Of a stretch of DNA of 64,000 nt, positions 60,801 through 64,000 are shown one piece after another. How positions within the stretch are numbered: the first letter of the stretch is position 1; every line of letters begins with the position of its first letter. The stretch is from Paraphysomonas bandaiensis (Eukaryota > Protista > Chrysophyceae). The translations under genes were made by a program, and so were the position numbers. Location: positions 62,001 to 126,000 of the forward strand of contig CBFFRP010000281.1 in the NCBI GenBank assembly GCA_965644295.1, written 5' to 3'. Below the pieces are notes generated by a model, which saw only the letters and a program-made list of their open reading frames with translations, did no database searches and was not told where the DNA came from.

Positions 60801-63800
60801 TGTTTGTGATCAACTTCCTTCAAATTGGATTTGCAGAGCGACGCAAGCTTAAGGTAGAGCAGGCCAATATTCAGCGAAGGCATGAGCAAGAGGCCGCAGA
60901 AGAGGCTGCGAGGAAGCTCAAAGAGGCAGAAGAGCGTATGGAAATTAAGGTGGATACGAATTTCGGTGAAGTAGAGCGACGGAAAGCTATGGAAAAGTTA
61001 ACCGCGGCAGCCTTCAAGTACGATAGAACCATGCCCGGCGCAGTTAGCCTTGAAGCATTTGATGCTGCCTATCTTACCCCGGGCGTGTTTAAGGAGACAC
61101 TGAAGCGCACATTCAATCTGCGACTTGAGCCTGGGGAGTTTGGTGCTATTATGAAAATGTTTGACAAGAATGGGTCGAACAAAGTTAATACAAAAGAATT
61201 TTTGAACGAATTTTTTAGGATTGGATTCCAAGAGAGAGAAAAGATGAAGTTAATTAATCTTGAGAAAAACCGGATGGGTATCAAGCTTCAAAAGCAAGAG
61301 CACTTACGTAAATTAGCAGAGGCTACAAAGAAGATGGACAAGGCTGTCAAGCCCGAATTCACAACAGAGGAACAGAGATCAGCATTCGAGAAAATAACAG
61401 CGGCCGCGACGAAATATGACAAAAATCATCCATCCGCGGTTGGTCTTGATGGCTTTGACGCATTGACGTTAAAGTATGGCGTGTTCAGAGAGCTGTTGAA
61501 AAGGACTTTTGGTGTGATGCTTTCCGATGGTGAGTTGGCAGCTCTGGTAGCTTTTTTTGACAAGAAAAACGAGGGATATATCCGATCCAAGGATTTCTTG
61601 GTGTATTTTTTTAAGTTGGGCTTTTCAGAGCGGAATAAGTTTCACTCGGAGCAGCTGCGCAAAGACAGACAGCTCGCGGCGCAGAGAGAGAGAGAAGAGC
61701 AGGAAAAACTGAAAGCGCAGTGGGCAAAAATGGAACTTGACGTGGACTGGAACTTCACGGAGAAGGATAAAGAACAAGCGTTAAAGATGGTCACCAAGGC
61801 GGCCGCGGAGTATGATGCTAACCACCCTGCTGCAATGAGTCTATCCGCCTTTGATGGTGCTTCCATGACTCCTGCAGTCTTCAGAGAAATGTTACGGAGA
61901 ACAATGAACATTAACTTGACAAACAAAGAGTTGGGTGCTCTTATCACAGTGTTTGACAAAGATGGGGACAAAACTGTGGACTGTGCGGAGTTTATGGTGA
62001 AGTTTACTACTCTTGGATTCAATGAAAGAGATAGAGTTCGACAGGAAAACCGCAGGAAAAAGGCTGAGCATGAGAAACGCATCGCAGAAGAGCAGGCTGC
62101 AAAAGAAAAAGCGAAGGAAGATAAACGAGAGGCATATGTGAACTATGACTTCACACATGATGAATTCAGCTCTGCAATGGAAAAGCTAAAATACGCAGCC
62201 AGTACTTATGATAGAAATCACCCCTCTGCTGTCAGTCTAGACGGGTTTCAGGGTGCTAGCTTAAGTCCCGGTATATTTCGCGAAATGTTGAAACGAACTT
62301 TTAACATCAAGTTGACTCCCGGAGAATTGGGGGCAGCAGTGAAGTTTTTTGACAGCGATGGCGATGGCACTATTGACACTGCAGAGTTCCTTAAGCACTT
62401 TTTTAAATTGCAGCGAGTGGAGCGGTCCAATGTGAGACGAAGAAGAATTCAGGCTGAAAGGGAAGTTCAAAAAAAGTTGGAAGATGAAGTTGCAGAGAGG
62501 TATTGTTATTTTTATTATAATATGGTATTTTAGTAATATGCTTTTGCAGAGTACGAGCTAAAGCTATTGAGGATGAGCATAAAATGAGTTTCGGACCAGA
62601 AGATGAGAAATCACTAATGAAGAAGCTTTCTGCTTTATCGGAAAACTTTGCGGTGGATAGCTCGTCTTTTGTGGGGCCAATGCAGGTTGAAGTAGTTGAT
62701 ATATTTGTGTTCTTCATGTGTAATTGTGGTATGTGATTTTGTAGTCTCTGAAGGGTCCTGCTCTTCCACCTATAGCATTCAAAGAGGTTTTCTACAGGAT
62801 TTTTCTAGTGCGGTTGACATTCCCTGAGATAGGCGCCTTGATGAGTGTTCTGGATGAAGCTGGAACAGGATCTATTGACGGTACGAAATTTATGAACGCC
62901 TTCTTTAGACTAGGTAAGTCAAGATGAAGAATGTATATCTATTTTGTTAGGTTTCATGTCGATAGGTCGACTACAAGAAAAGGCACTCTTTGGTGAGATA
63001 AAGGTCGATATGAGTACGCTAGACTGTCTACGCCCTCAGGCATCATCACCTGGTAGCTTGTTCGAATCCATGGGATCAACATCGAAGTCTCGTGGTTCCA
63101 CTCGTGGCACCACAAGGAGCGGCCGCAGTGACGAGTTTCCAAAATCCAGGTCTGTGGAAGACTTACGGAATACTGGTATACAGGCCTCAGAAGAGGACAT
63201 TGAATCCTTTACCAAGGTCACAGTGGGCCAAAGTTGGGTACTGCCTAATGTGGTGACGAAGAAAAGGCCGACATCTGGCGAATGCAGTGAAGAGGATTCA
63301 AGAGTGAGTAGTGCAAAGAAACCTGTTAAGGTTAATGGAATTGTAGAAGAATCATTCGACGATTTTGAGCCTTTCATTGTTGTACCCCGATCACCGGACT
63401 CTCCATCGAAATTCAGGCCCAATTTGAAGGAGTTCCCAATGCCGGAAACTGGCCCTCCAACAGGAAACAATAAAAAGGCAGCAACATACAAACAAGCTAA
63501 GAAAATGTCAGCCACAGTTCCGCCTCCTAAAAAGTCACGCTCTGTGGATGGATCTGAGGGAAAGAATGTCCAGTTTCAAGGTATCACTCTTAAGAAGACT
63601 ACCTTAAGTAAGAAAGAGGCCAGTCGACTGCACTTAAATAAAGGCGATCGCTCGTTTTCTGATGCCTCAGGATTAAGATCTCCGGGTGACCCTGCTTCTC
63701 CTTACTCTTCCAAGCCGCCCAGTAGACAGCAGAGACAGAGAACAAAAAAACCGAAGCAAGAGGAACCAGAGCGCAACAGTGGAACATTTTACTTCCCTGC

Positions 63801-63900
63801 ATTATTATCTAGTGCACCAAGCATAAACCTTGCTCCAGTTGGACAAAGCATAATTGAGGAAGAGAATATGTTACTTTACGAGAGCACGGATTTCTTTTGA
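57867..63900 (+). CDS. Large EF-hand/charged-helix tandem-repeat protein (~1,940 aa), five exons
   Basis: Exons 57867-58392, 58443-62499, 62550-62685, 62745-62913 and 62966-63900. Ten full ~132-aa repeats plus two degenerate terminal ones, with EF loops such as DKDGDGTVDCSE and DSDGDGTIDTAE. Low-complexity Ser/Lys/Pro-rich tail. Confidence 0.92.
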
Positions 63901-64000
63901 TTCTGTCTATAGCAAGACAGTATAGTGTAGTTCAGTTTTGTGTTGAATATGTCAATTTTACATATTTATGTTGAAAAGTTAGTGTTGTTGTAATAAATGT

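Overview
Eukaryotic nuclear DNA with short GT-AG introns and a U1 snRNA gene. Gene content is consistent with a stramenopile, possibly a chrysophyte-like protist (inference). Coding content: a giant uninterrupted ARM/HEAT-like ORF (>5,250 aa, open from the window edge), a zf-C3H1 (ZFC3H1/Red1-like) protein ending in LRRs, a small type-I membrane protein, a GH28 polygalacturonase, an SLC9B/NHA-type antiporter, a secreted unknown protein, a compact class-3 lipase, an ASH2L-like SPRY protein, a secreted transglutaminase-like protein, an acylphosphatase-like protein, an ATP-type phosphofructokinase, a secreted beta-lactamase-family hydrolase, and a protein built of about 12 EF-hand/charged-helix repeats of ~132 aa. 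Intergenic DNA holds many nested transposon remnants: a Gypsy remnant with a 106-bp tandem array, several hAT elements (two with perfect 8-bp TSDs), a probable Mutator-like element, and a 5'-truncated non-LTR family with a conserved 3' stem-loop and 12-15 bp TSDs. The most notable signal is a set of fold-back inverted repeats. The best is a ~347-bp near-perfect inverted duplication of a transposase 5' coding region (44280-45159) just downstream of a same-strand host gene, which resembles the maize Mu killer hairpin locus. A 93-bp near-perfect hairpin at 54832-55038 is the second. All coordinates were read by eye and splice boundaries are approximate.
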